Notes: generated from the letters alone by a model not told the origin. 64,000 bases of DNA from an uncultured Erysipelotrichaceae bacterium (GCA_902793375.1 CADBDE010000003.1:30039-94038), one strand, 5' to 3'. Numbered from the stretch's first letter, positions 7,979-17,714 are shown. Made by a program: numbers and translations.

Positions 7979-10933
7979 TTATTCATAAAAATCATCAAAT
8001 TTATTATCTTCCTCTGCTCCATTTTCAAGATTTAAATCAAATTGAGGTTTATTTTCTTCTGTTTGAACTCCCATATATTTATTTGTTTCCTCTTCTTTAA
8101 CTTTTCCTTGATTCAAATCTGAAAAATTAACAAAGTTTCCTGATTTCATATCTTCATAATAATCTTTATTATTTGTTGGACTAGTTATATTTCCATTAGT
8201 TGTAATATTATTCTCTTCTTTATTTTTTTGAACATCATCCAATATATTTTTTTGAAAGAACGATGAGTTATTTGTCATATTTTGTTGGTTATTATTACTT
8301 TGATTATCTATAAAAGTCCAATTTTTATTTGAATTCATTCCCATATTTGAATTATTCTGAATTCCAAAGCCGGTAGGATTATTATTAATTCCAAATCCTG
8401 CTGGATTATTATTTATTCCAAATCCCGTTGGATTAAATTGTTGATTTTGATTATTACCTTCATTACTTAAGGCAGCTGCAGAATTAGTAATGGCAGAAAG
8501 ATTATTCAATTTTTCAAAAGTTGGAAATTCATTAACAATCTCTCCATTTTTAATGCTCATATTATCAATAATCATATCATTATCTATAATACCAGTTGAA
8601 TTATTATCATTATTTTGTTTATCTTGATCTACACTATACATTGGTGCTCCAAATAATGTTTCTGAATTTTCATCTTTAGAACTTTCTCCATACATTGGTG
8701 CTCCAAACAATGTTTCACCACCATTATTAGAAGAACTATTATTAAAGAATGATCCAGTAGGTTGATTATTAGTAGGTATTTCACTATTCATTGGTCCACT
8801 AAACGATTGATTATTCATTTGTTGGTTCATTGGTCCTTGCATTGGTCCTCCATACATTTGATCATTCATTGGTGGGTTCATTGGTCCTTGCATTGGTCCT
8901 CCATACATTTGGTCATTCATTGGTGGGTTCATTGGTCCTTGCATTGGTCCTCCAAACATCTGGTCATTCATTGGTGGGTTCATTGGACCTTGCATTGCTC
9001 CTCCAAACATCTGGTCATTCATTGGTGGGTTCATTGGTCCTTGCATTGCTCCTCCATACATTTGGTCATTCATTGGCATGTTAATTGGTCCTTGCATTGG
9101 TCCTCCGAACACTTGGTCATTCATTGGCATGTTCATTGGTCCTTGCATTGGTCCTCCATACATTTGATCATTCATTGGCATGTTCATTGGTCCTTGCATT
9201 GGTCCTCCGAACATTTGATCATTCATTGGCATGTTCATTGGTCCTTGCATTTGATTGTTCATATTATAATTTCCACCAGTATTTGAATTTGCAACAGAAC
9301 TTCCACTCATAAGCATATCAATTCTATTTCTATCTTCATTATTATTTGCATTATTTTCAGGATGAAAATAATTCTGATACTTATCAAAATTTTGATTGCT
9401 TATATCTTGTCTTTCTGGTTTAAAATCATTATTCCACATACGCTTTCCCTCATTCTTTTTGTTTTTTTGATTTCCTCTATATTTTTCAGGCACATATTCT
9501 ATATTTTGTTCTTCTATTTCAGCATTACTTCCAATTGGTCTTCCAAGTAAAAAGCCATCATCTACTCCAGGTCTTATTTCATCAGTAACGACATAATCTA
9601 TAACTTGTTTTTGTTTTGGAGCTTCGTTTTTTAATACTCCAACATTTGATGATAATATCATATCATCTAGTTTACTTGAATCAACTGTTTTATTAATTTT
9701 TTCTTTCAATCCGGTAGAAACAGCAGCTGATCCTACTTTTGCATATTTTGTTTTTCCAGTTGATGTAATTATATTATTGATTGGTTTACTATTTCTAAGT
9801 TCAACCTTATCAATCATATCTGGATCACTTTCGAATAAAGACATTTTGTTTTGGAATTCTTCTTCCTCTTTTCTTTTCTTCATCCGATTATTATATACTT
9901 CATTATTCTTTATTTTTAATTCTTCGTGGCTTTCTTCATCGCCATCATCTTCTTCATTGTTTTCTAACTCACTTCTTGTTAAAGTTCCATCTTTTCGCCA
10001 CTCTTCAATTGGTTTCTCGCCCTTTTCCTCAAGCATTATATCATTAAACATCTTATCAAAATTAGGTAGTTCTTTTTTTATAACATCTGGATAAATGTTT
10101 TTAGAATTTTCTATTGCTTTTCTAACATCAAATATATCCATATATGGTCTATTATCATATACTGTATATGAAAAAGCTTGTTTTAAAAGTGTTAAACATA
10201 CATCAGGATACCTTGATCCTAGTGAAAATATTCTTTTATATTCACTAGTTATGTCTACGATGAAACTCATAATTCTTTCTTGAATAAATGATGTATACTT
10301 CATCTTCCTTCCTGTTTGTTTTTCAAACTTTGGAAGAGTTCCCATCATTATTGCTATTGTTTCATCTCTTGAAGGTTCTGGAACTTCAATTTTCTGAAAT
10401 CTTCTTGTAAAAGCTTTATCTCTTAAAATATATCTTTCATATTCTTCTGTCGTAGTAGCACCAATTACTTTTATGCTTCCTCTACCCAACCCCTCTTTAA
10501 AAATATTGGCAAAGTCCAATGATGAAGTTTCTGTTGATCCAATCAACATATGAATTTCATCTATAAATAATATTATTTTTTCTTTAGTTTTTAATTCATC
10601 AATCATTTTTTGAACTTTGCTTTCTCCACTTGGCATTGTTCCAAGTAAAGAAGCTGTTTTAATATTTAAAATTGTATATCCCTGTAAGGCATCAGGTACA
10701 TTGTTTTGTTGAATTCTATATGCTAATCCTTCAACAATAGCAGTTTTACCTATACCTGGTTTTCCAATTAAAATTGCAGATTTTTCAGGGGTTAATAGGA
10801 CTAAAATTAATTCTTTTATTTGCTGATCTCGCCCAATGGCAGGATCAGTAACATATTCATCTTTAGTGACATCTGTACCATAACGTTCAAGTACACTAAA
10901 ATTGGCTTCGAATTCCATTGTTTCCTTATCCAT
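7979..10933 (-). CDS. AAA+ ATPase with a single ClpA/ClpB D1-like module, followed by a long low-complexity C-terminal region (tandem 17-aa PMNMPMNDQMYGG repeats, FG and N/Q-rich tail)
   Basis: N-terminus DPAIGRDQQIKELILVLLTPEKSAILIGKPGIGKTAIVEGLAYRI...ILFIDEIHMLIG...RRFQKIEVPEPS matches the Clp/Hsp100 D1 Walker A/B and sensor regions. No Clp N-domain and no D2. About nine repeats of GGPMQGPMNMPMNDQMY, then NPTGFGINNNPAGFGINNNPTGFGIQNN. Confidence 0.7.
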   Translation of the reverse strand: MDKETMEFEANFSVLERYGTDVTKDEYVTDPAIGRDQQIKELILVLLTPEKSAILIGKPGIGKTAIVEGLAYRIQQNNVPDALQGYTILNIKTASLLGTMPSGESKVQKMIDELKTKEKIILFIDEIHMLIGSTETSSLDFANIFKEGLGRGSIKVIGATTTEEYERYILRDKAFTRRFQKIEVPEPSRDETIAIMMGTLPKFEKQTGRKMKYTSFIQERIMSFIVDITSEYKRIFSLGSRYPDVCLTLLKQAFSYTVYDNRPYMDIFDVRKAIENSKNIYPDVIKKELPNFDKMFNDIMLEEKGEKPIEEWRKDGTLTRSELENNEEDDGDEESHEELKIKNNEVYNNRMKKRKEEEEFQNKMSLFESDPDMIDKVELRNSKPINNIITSTGKTKYAKVGSAAVSTGLKEKINKTVDSSKLDDMILSSNVGVLKNEAPKQKQVIDYVVTDEIRPGVDDGFLLGRPIGSNAEIEEQNIEYVPEKYRGNQKNKKNEGKRMWNNDFKPERQDISNQNFDKYQNYFHPENNANNNEDRNRIDMLMSGSSVANSNTGGNYNMNNQMQGPMNMPMNDQMFGGPMQGPMNMPMNDQMYGGPMQGPMNMPMNDQVFGGPMQGPINMPMNDQMYGGAMQGPMNPPMNDQMFGGAMQGPMNPPMNDQMFGGPMQGPMNPPMNDQMYGGPMQGPMNPPMNDQMYGGPMQGPMNQQMNNQSFSGPMNSEIPTNNQPTGSFFNNSSSNNGGETLFGAPMYGESSKDENSETLFGAPMYSVDQDKQNNDNNSTGIIDNDMIIDNMSIKNGEIVNEFPTFEKLNNLSAITNSAAALSNEGNNQNQQFNPTGFGINNNPAGFGINNNPTGFGIQNNSNMGMNSNKNWTFIDNQSNNNQQNMTNNSSFFQKNILDDVQKNKEENNITTNGNITSPTNNKDYYEDMKSGNFVNFSDLNQGKVKEEETNKYMGVQTEENKPQFDLNLENGAEEDNKFDDFYE
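8812..9250. repeat. In-frame tandem DNA repeat, 51-bp period, about 8-9 copies, encoding the PMNMPMNDQMYGG protein repeats of the AAA+ gene
   Basis: Unit ttgcattggtcctccatacatttggtcattcattggtgggttcattggtcc is repeated head-to-tail with few substitutions (visible 8841-9250). Confidence 0.85.
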
Positions 10934-11354
10934 TGAACAAGCCTCCTATCATAGAACATTATAACACACGATTATGTATTTAATAAAGATAAAATAAAGA
11001 AAAAAAGAAACTTTTTTGTAGAAGATATCATATATCTAAATCTTCATCTTTACGATGAGCTAAAAATTTTGATGGTACTAAGGATTCTTTAATTGATGAA
11101 TCGCATAAATCTCTCTCAAAACACCCTAACGCTCAAACTGAATAAGAATTAAAATGGATTAAAGACATCTCTAATATTACTCTCCCTGAATTATATTGAA
11201 AAGTTGAAAGAAGTCATAGAAATGATCAATAAAGATTATATTCTTATCTAAAGTTCTATTCCTATGATAATTTATTACTTCAAATGAAAGTTTATCTTAA
11301 ACGTTCAAATAACATCATACTTGGTTGAATTTCTACTATTCAAAAAAAATCTAT

Positions 11355-11395
11355 TAGAAAAGCAATGCTAATGCACTGCTTTTGGTATTAATATT
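11355..11395 (-). terminator. Rho-independent terminator (bidirectional hairpin) downstream of the 11536..13923 operon
   Basis: Stem aaagcaatgc / gcactgcttt with loop taat and T/A runs on both sides. Confidence 0.45.
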
Positions 11396-11535
11396 TTTTC
11401 ATTTTTTTAGTATCACATCATTTACAATTATACAAAATAAAGAAAAAAGAAGCATTTTTTTGAAAGTGTATTCTATCACAAAACCAGTTTTTTATTAATG
11501 TCTACTTAGATGGGTACATTTCAAATAGTTTTTTA

Positions 11536-11736
11536 TTATCGACGTCTTACATTATCTTGAGATTCATAAGTAAAATTTCTTAACACTTCTTGTTTTTCTA
11601 TTTCTAAAAGCATTTTTATTTCTTCACTTGTTAATCCTTTTGCTTTTAAAACATATACCATCTCATCAGGTGGTAATTGTTTAATTACCTCTCTTATAGA
11701 TAGTTCTTTATAATTATCAACCATAAAACCCTCCAT
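11536..11736 (-). CDS. Small conserved protein (66 aa), paralog of 14044..14244. Start taken at MEGFMVDNY; the 83-aa track ORF has a spurious N-terminal extension.
   Basis: MEGFMVDNYKELSIREVIKQLPPDEMVYVLKAKGLTSEEIKMLLEIEKQEVLRNFTYESQDNVRRR is about 85% identical to the product of 14044..14244. It is placed 3 nt downstream of the large surface-protein gene. Confidence 0.55.
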   Translation of the reverse strand: MEGFMVDNYKELSIREVIKQLPPDEMVYVLKAKGLTSEEIKMLLEIEKQEVLRNFTYESQDNVRRR

Positions 11737-11790
11737 AAATAAACTGTATATAATACTATATATAATAATATAGTAATAATCAAGCACTTA

Positions 11791-13923
11791 TTAATTATTT
11801 TTAACTATTTTATGACATCTACGATTAATTGCTAAAAGTGTTCCAAAACTGATAAACAGTATAAAGCAATACTTTTTAATTGAATCATCAGTTGCTGGGT
11901 TATCAAGTACTTCATCTATTTTCCAGTTAACAGCTATTGTTACATTTTCAAACGGCATAGTAAATTTATTAAGCATTATAGATATTGTTCCATCTTCATT
12001 TTTTATTAAATCGTTTTCTTCAAAAGCTATTTCTTCTCCACTAGATGTTCTTACAATTATCTCCTTCAATTTTACTCCATTTTTAGAAGTAAGTTTAAAA
12101 GTTATTTCTTCTCCTCCTTTTGCATTATCTACAACTTCTATTTCCCCATTTTCATCTATTTCAGTATCTACTTTATAACTCAATTCACTAATTGGTATTG
12201 TTATTACAGGACGAACTCCACAGCCTAATTTAGTTTTATAATCATTAAGTATACTACCACATACAGATCTACTAGTTGTATCAAATCCTGCTCCACATAT
12301 GCCACCAGAACTATCTACAAATACAACTGAATTAACTCCTATTCCATTATTTGATCTATCATATCCTGCTCTTATCCAGTATGTTGTATTATATATAAAA
12401 CTATGTTTTTTCGCTAATAAGTCATTTAAAAAACCAAACTCATAATGTGGGGGTTGAATTGTTGGAGTTGCGCTACTCCACTCTTGATAAGGCAATGTTT
12501 TATTATTTAGCTTAGTTATTTCATTTATTTCATCTAATGTCAATAAATCAACGTCTGTAACATCAACACCATAAAAGTTTAAAGTAGTTTTGTATGATTT
12601 CAATTTTGTTAATATAGATGTCTCTGAATTATTATTTCCTAAAGTCAAATCATAAAAATATCCATCATATTTATCACCACTTGCTTCATCAACATAAAAA
12701 TCTACAAATGTATTAATATGTCCATTATAATATTGACGAGATTCTATATATATATCTCCTACTTGTGGATATAAATAATTGCCATCTTCATCCCAATGAG
12801 CACTTTTTGCTTCTTCATTTTGAGTTATTAAATCTGTTGAGATTTCTTGAGCTATAAAACAATAATTTGGAATATTATAATATCCTTCTCTTCTTGATTC
12901 AGCACCCAACGAAGTAGCTAAGTCTTGACAATATTCTTCATCAGTTCTATTATCACTAGAGTCTTTTTCTATTTTAATTTTTGATATTGTAGTACCTGTA
13001 TATAGATTATATTTTGATATCATTCTTACTTTTTCACTATCTTTTGATAATAAATAAAAATGTTCTTCACCACAGGCAATTTCATCACCTATTTCTTTTC
13101 CACTACCACTAATAACTTGACATTGCCATTTATCATGCTTTCCAAAATTTACTTCAACATATAATGATCCCATTGGTCTACTAGTAGACAAAGAAACAAA
13201 CTCATTTTCCAATGAATGAATATCATATTTTTCATATAAAATGTTTCCTTGATAGTCTTTTACAACAATTGAATCAACATAATTAAATTTGTCTGGAACT
13301 GCATAAAAATATACACTTTCATTTAATACATTAGTTAGTTCACTAACAGTTGTTGTTCCATTACCATTTATAGTTACATTAGTATCAAATTTAACACGGG
13401 TATAAAAGTTTCTATCCATTGAATCAACTATACTACAAGAAGAATTTCGACAACAACTTACAGTGCTTTTATCAGTAAATCTAAATTCATTTTCATTTGT
13501 TTTAAAGTAAAAATAATTATCAATAGATCCTTTATTATTATCATAATAATAAGAATAAAGAATACCTCCAAAGTTTGAATTAAGTGGAACCCAATCATGC
13601 GCTGACATGTCTATAAAAAAATTACTAGTTTTATTTTCATATATTACTTTATTACCAGTTATTTTTATAACTTCATTTTGAAAAGTATATCCTTCTACAT
13701 TTACTAAATATAAAAGTCCAGCTAGTTTTTCTGGAGTATTAATTAAGTAGTCATAATTTCCATAAAATGAAGAAACATCCCCCTTAACATTATTATAAGT
13801 ACTTGGATCAAACCAACTTGTATCTCTATAAGATGGATCATCTAACCAAGTATCTGCTTTCACCATTGTTGGTATAAAGAATAATGTTAATAATGTGACA
13901 ATTAAAAAAATTGCTTTTTTCAT
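11791..13923 (-). CDS. Secreted cell-surface protein (710 aa) with signal peptide, variable central domains and a conserved C-terminal module ending in an NPATD motif, hydrophobic segment and basic tail (putative cell-wall sorting/anchor signal)
   Basis: N-terminus MKKAIFLIVTLLTLFFIPTMVKA. C-terminus ...NWKIDEVLDNPATDDSIKKYCFILFISFGTLLAINRRCHKIVKNN. Last 130 aa are about 70% identical to the 14286..15998 product. Internal region CQVISGSGKEIGDEIACGEEHFY is shared with the paralog. Confidence 0.6.
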   Translation of the reverse strand: MKKAIFLIVTLLTLFFIPTMVKADTWLDDPSYRDTSWFDPSTYNNVKGDVSSFYGNYDYLINTPEKLAGLLYLVNVEGYTFQNEVIKITGNKVIYENKTSNFFIDMSAHDWVPLNSNFGGILYSYYYDNNKGSIDNYFYFKTNENEFRFTDKSTVSCCRNSSCSIVDSMDRNFYTRVKFDTNVTINGNGTTTVSELTNVLNESVYFYAVPDKFNYVDSIVVKDYQGNILYEKYDIHSLENEFVSLSTSRPMGSLYVEVNFGKHDKWQCQVISGSGKEIGDEIACGEEHFYLLSKDSEKVRMISKYNLYTGTTISKIKIEKDSSDNRTDEEYCQDLATSLGAESRREGYYNIPNYCFIAQEISTDLITQNEEAKSAHWDEDGNYLYPQVGDIYIESRQYYNGHINTFVDFYVDEASGDKYDGYFYDLTLGNNNSETSILTKLKSYKTTLNFYGVDVTDVDLLTLDEINEITKLNNKTLPYQEWSSATPTIQPPHYEFGFLNDLLAKKHSFIYNTTYWIRAGYDRSNNGIGVNSVVFVDSSGGICGAGFDTTSRSVCGSILNDYKTKLGCGVRPVITIPISELSYKVDTEIDENGEIEVVDNAKGGEEITFKLTSKNGVKLKEIIVRTSSGEEIAFEENDLIKNEDGTISIMLNKFTMPFENVTIAVNWKIDEVLDNPATDDSIKKYCFILFISFGTLLAINRRCHKIVKNN

Positions 13924-14043
13924 ATTACACCCTCACTTTATTATAATTCTATTATATATTATAATTATTAAAAACAACGTAACGAAATTATATTTTTAAT
14001 GTAAATGAGTGTAAAGAAAAACGAACTAAAATAGTTCGTTTTG

Positions 14044-14244
14044 TTATCTACATTTTACATTATCTTGAGATTCATAAGCAAAATTTCTTAATGCTTCTTG
14101 TTTTTCTATTTCTAGAAGCATTTTTATTTCTTCACTTGTTAATCCTTTTGCTTTCAATGCATCAATCATCTCATCAAGTGGTAATTGTCTAATTACCTCT
14201 CTTATAGATAATTCTTTATAATTATCAACCATAAAACCCTCCAT
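14044..14244 (-). CDS. Small conserved protein (66 aa), paralog of 11536..11736
   Basis: MEGFMVDNYKELSIREVIRQLPLDEMIDALKAKGLTSEEIKMLLEIEKQEALRNFAYESQDNVKCR. Confidence 0.55.
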   Translation of the reverse strand: MEGFMVDNYKELSIREVIRQLPLDEMIDALKAKGLTSEEIKMLLEIEKQEALRNFAYESQDNVKCR

Positions 14245-14285
14245 AAATATAACTGCACATAATACTATAAATAATCAAGCACTTA

Positions 14286-15998
14286 TTAATTATTTTTTGC
14301 TTTTTTATGGCATTTACGATTAATTGCTAAAAGTGTTCCATAACTGATAAATAAAATAAAGCAGTACTTTGCAATTTCATCATCAGTTGCTGGGTTATCA
14401 AGTACTTCATCTATTTTCCAGTTAGCTGTTATTGTTACATTTTCAAAAGGCATAACAAATTTATTATTCATTATTGTTACTGTTCCATCTTCGTTTTCAA
14501 TTAAATCTCCTTCAGTAAACTCTATTGTCGTTCCATTCTCGGTTGTTATTGTGATAGTAGATAATTTATATCCTTTTTTAGGAGACACTTTAAAACTTAT
14601 TGTTTCATTTCCTGCTGAATTATCTACTACTTCTATTTCACCATTGTTATCTGTTTCTGCAGCGATATTATATAAGATTTCATTTTTTGATAATGTAATT
14701 AAAGGTCTTAGTCCTGCTCCAACATCAACTGAACAGTACCCAGCATTACATATATCTCCCCAACTATCTACAAAGAAAGCATTACTTCCAGAATCTCTCG
14801 TTCTAGTCCAATATGTTGTAGCCCATATCCATGAATAATCATCTGGTATATGATCTTTTAAACTACCAATAATATTAAAATTAGCTCCAAAATGGTTTCC
14901 TTGTTGCCAATTTGATGTCCAATCATCAAGTGGTAATCTATTATTCGTTGTATTATATGTGAAATTATCTAAATCTTTTACAGTAATTAGATTGATATCA
15001 CTTATTCCAACATTTAAAGATTCTAAATATCTTTTATAAAACAATAATGAATTTGTCATTTTTTGATCATAACTATAATCTAATATAACATCTCGATAAT
15101 TATTATCGTTATATGATGAATTACTATCAAATGATCCCTGTCCTAACGGATTAGCGGTAAATGATCCATATTCAGGTAATTCAGCTACTCCTCTTACTGC
15201 TCCATGAGCTCCAATTGCTAACTCACTTTGTTTAACCATTTTTGATTCATTCATTTTTTTATAATAATATCCATAATAATAAATAACGGAATACTTAGTA
15301 TCTTTAAATTCAGAATAATGGATACTATATCCTTCTGCTATTTTTTGTTGATATTCTTCTGAACTTTGTATTTCATTAATATTTAACGAATGGTTTGAAT
15401 CTTCTGCCATGTGTATTTCTGTTGTATAAGAGTCATTTTTATAAAGTATAATATAAGTTGCATCATAGTAATACTCACCGTTAATTACTTCTCTAGTACT
15501 ATATCCTAATGTAATACTAATAGTACTTTTAGGAATAAAGCCTTCATTTTGAATAGCATCAATTACTTCAGGTAAATATAGTATTTCTCTATATGTTCTT
15601 GGTGTCCCATCAAGTTGAATTTTTTTATATGTAATCTCCATTTCTTTATAAAATGTATAATCCGTCTCGTTTTTTTGAAAATCATAAGCCGCTTTTTGTT
15701 CTGAATATCCAAGATTTAATAATTCTTGGGCTTTTTCATTATTACTATACCCAGGATAGCGTCCAGGAATAACGACATGATCAAATTGATTACCATCAAA
15801 TATATTATATTTTGCTAATAATCTTAGATTAGAATCATCTTTGTCAAATACGTAAAAGTGTTCCCCTCCACAATCAATTTCACTACCTAAATCATTTCCG
15901 TTTCCTGACACTACTCTACAGTGGCCTTCAGCATCTACAACTTTTGGTATAAAGAATAATGTTAATAATGTGACAATTAAAAAAAATACTTTTTTCAT
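14286..15998 (-). CDS. Secreted cell-surface protein (570 aa), paralog of 11791..13923, with the same C-terminal NPATD/hydrophobic/basic anchor
   Basis: N-terminus MKKVFFLIVTLLTLFFIPKVVDA. C-terminus ...NWKIDEVLDNPATDDEIAKYCFILFISYGTLLAINRKCHKKAKNN. DNA around the stop/start junction (14270-14340) duplicates 11788-11850. Confidence 0.6.
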   Translation of the reverse strand: MKKVFFLIVTLLTLFFIPKVVDAEGHCRVVSGNGNDLGSEIDCGGEHFYVFDKDDSNLRLLAKYNIFDGNQFDHVVIPGRYPGYSNNEKAQELLNLGYSEQKAAYDFQKNETDYTFYKEMEITYKKIQLDGTPRTYREILYLPEVIDAIQNEGFIPKSTISITLGYSTREVINGEYYYDATYIILYKNDSYTTEIHMAEDSNHSLNINEIQSSEEYQQKIAEGYSIHYSEFKDTKYSVIYYYGYYYKKMNESKMVKQSELAIGAHGAVRGVAELPEYGSFTANPLGQGSFDSNSSYNDNNYRDVILDYSYDQKMTNSLLFYKRYLESLNVGISDINLITVKDLDNFTYNTTNNRLPLDDWTSNWQQGNHFGANFNIIGSLKDHIPDDYSWIWATTYWTRTRDSGSNAFFVDSWGDICNAGYCSVDVGAGLRPLITLSKNEILYNIAAETDNNGEIEVVDNSAGNETISFKVSPKKGYKLSTITITTENGTTIEFTEGDLIENEDGTVTIMNNKFVMPFENVTITANWKIDEVLDNPATDDEIAKYCFILFISYGTLLAINRKCHKKAKNN

Positions 15999-16244
15999 AT
16001 CATACTCCTTAGATTTTATACTTTTATTATAAATGATAAATTTGAAAAACCATTAAATTAAAATAAATTTAAAATGTAAACCTGTAAAGTAAAAAAAGAG
16101 CTATAAGCTCTTTTTAATACAATATGGTGCGATACAAGAGCCTATTTTGAACACTTATATCCAAAAGAATAACTAATAAATATCAGTTCTATATATAATA
16201 GACCATATTTTTGAGTAATATCAACGATTTTTAGGACGTTTTTT

Positions 16245-16292
16245 TTGATTTTTTCGAAAAAATGTAGTATAGTATTAACCGTTTCGAAAAGG
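16245..16292 (+). promoter_or_regulatory. Sigma-A-type promoter for orf 16303..17700 with perfect 10-bp palindrome TTTTCGAAAA in the spacer and a second TTTCGAAAA copy in the leader (candidate operator)
   Basis: -35 TTGATT (16245-16250), 17-bp spacer, -10 TATAGT (16268-16273). Palindrome ttttcgaaaa at 16251-16260 and tttcgaaaa at 16282-16290. RBS aaaagggg before the ATG at 16303. Confidence 0.35.
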
Positions 16293-16302
16293 GGAAATAC
16301 TT

Positions 16303-17700
16303 ATGAAAATACAAATAAAAGATATAGAACTTATTTTTTCCAAAAATCAACAACAATTTATAGATGAGATTAAAACGATAATTCTAAACAACTATGAATT
16401 AATACTTGGTTGTTTAGGCGAAAACAAAACAATTGATATTTCTCAAGATGAATCTAATTTTAATGACACATTTTATTATATCGTTAAAGGAACGTATAAT
16501 GATGCTAATATTAGACGGTTACTTTATGATAAATTTTTTTTATTAAAACTTTATATTGAAGTTTTAATTAGAAGAAAAAATTATTCTAATATTTCAATAG
16601 ATCATAATCCGAATATAACTGATGAATTGTTATCTTCATTGATAGCATATAAATATTTTGAAACAAATGGATCTTTTGATGATTTTGTAGAATACCTAAA
16701 AGTTAGAAATACGGAAGAAACAATATTTGAATGGTTAAAAATTAATCAAAGATGGGAGACATATAATTACTTACTAAACATAGCATTAAATGGTTTAAAA
16801 GAAGAGGACGATGATTTTTTAACGCATGTAACTTATATAATAAGTTATTTTTCAAAAAAGGCCTTAGAATGCAACAAAAAGGAAAAAGCACCAAAAGTAG
16901 ATTATCCCAATATTTCTGATATAGAATTTGACCGTTTATTTTATGAATTTTTAAATTTTATTAATGCTCCAGATAGTTGGATAGATATTTATAATAGTCT
17001 TAAAGAGCAAAAATTATTAATTAGGGAACATGGGGTAACCGAATGTTTTCAAGATGAAGATGGAATATATAAGATTAAATTAGAAAATAGTAATGATTTA
17101 TTTGTTTTTTGTAATTTTGTTCATGAATTTATTCATTACATTTCAATGAAAGATGATTTTCTAAAAGCAGAAAAATTAATTGAAGAATTTCCTAGTATAT
17201 TTTTTGAAAAAATAGCTGCCGAATTTTTAACAATTAAAGGTTATCCAAATGTAATTATTGATATAATTGATGATGATAGAGATAGCAACAATTATTATAT
17301 AGTTACTTTTCCTTTATTTTTAAGAATATATGCCGATTTAATATATTATTTTAAAAATGGTAAAATAGAAAAAGAAAATATGATGGCTACATTGCAATCC
17401 TTTTTTGATGATGAAAGTAAACCATCTCGAACTGATTTAGAAAAACGTGCAGATGACTATTGCGATTTTCTAATAGATTTTTTTATTGAAGAAGGACTAC
17501 TATTTGGTTATCAATATTTATTTGATACTTATTTAGCAGAACAAGTATTAAATAAAAGAGAGCAAGATAATACAATAATTAAAAAAATGATTAATGTAAC
17601 TAATAATTTAGGAATGACAAGTGTTAAAGACATTCTAACTTTATTTGGTATTGAAAACACACTACAAGAAGAAGCAGCTAAAAAGTTAATAAAAAAATAA
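16303..17700 (+). CDS. Hypothetical protein with HExxH zinc-metallopeptidase-like motif
   Basis: 465 aa; the only recognizable motif is FVHEFIHYISM (HExxH) near residue 275. No signal peptide or TM helix. Confidence 0.45.
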   Translation: MKIQIKDIELIFSKNQQQFIDEIKTIILNNYELILGCLGENKTIDISQDESNFNDTFYYIVKGTYNDANIRRLLYDKFFLLKLYIEVLIRRKNYSNISIDHNPNITDELLSSLIAYKYFETNGSFDDFVEYLKVRNTEETIFEWLKINQRWETYNYLLNIALNGLKEEDDDFLTHVTYIISYFSKKALECNKKEKAPKVDYPNISDIEFDRLFYEFLNFINAPDSWIDIYNSLKEQKLLIREHGVTECFQDEDGIYKIKLENSNDLFVFCNFVHEFIHYISMKDDFLKAEKLIEEFPSIFFEKIAAEFLTIKGYPNVIIDIIDDDRDSNNYYIVTFPLFLRIYADLIYYFKNGKIEKENMMATLQSFFDDESKPSRTDLEKRADDYCDFLIDFFIEEGLLFGYQYLFDTYLAEQVLNKREQDNTIIKKMINVTNNLGMTSVKDILTLFGIENTLQEEAAKKLIKK

Positions 17701-17714
17701 AGGTAAAATTGAGT

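Noticed and set aside
8812-9250. Tandem repeat array considered as a possible CRISPR array
   Set aside because: Repeats are directly adjacent with no spacers, have a 51-bp period divisible by 3, and sit in-frame within a long ORF encoding amino-acid repeats. No cas genes are nearby.
8762-10283. Plus-strand ORFs (8762..9286, 8830..9084, 9085..9312, 9362..9550, 9777..10094, 10095..10283) with His/Trp- or Leu-rich repetitive translations
   Set aside because: They lie antisense to the 984-aa AAA+ gene, inside its 51-bp tandem repeat and low-complexity region. The repetitive HWS/LVLAL translations are the expected antisense read-through of in-frame repeats, not genes.
10934-11535. 600-bp gene-free region upstream of the AAA+ gene, examined for a riboswitch, small RNA or gene remnant
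   Set aside because: Only a short palindrome (agatatcatatatct) and a terminator hairpin were found. There is no conserved riboswitch core and no ORF with coding character, so it is left as an untranslated leader/intergenic region.
11737-11787. N-terminal 17-aa extension (MLDYYYIIIYSIIYSLF) of the 83-aa track ORF
   Set aside because: The paralog at 14044..14244 starts at MEGFMVDNY. The extension is hydrophobic junk overlapping the stop region of the upstream gene, and a better start exists at 11736.
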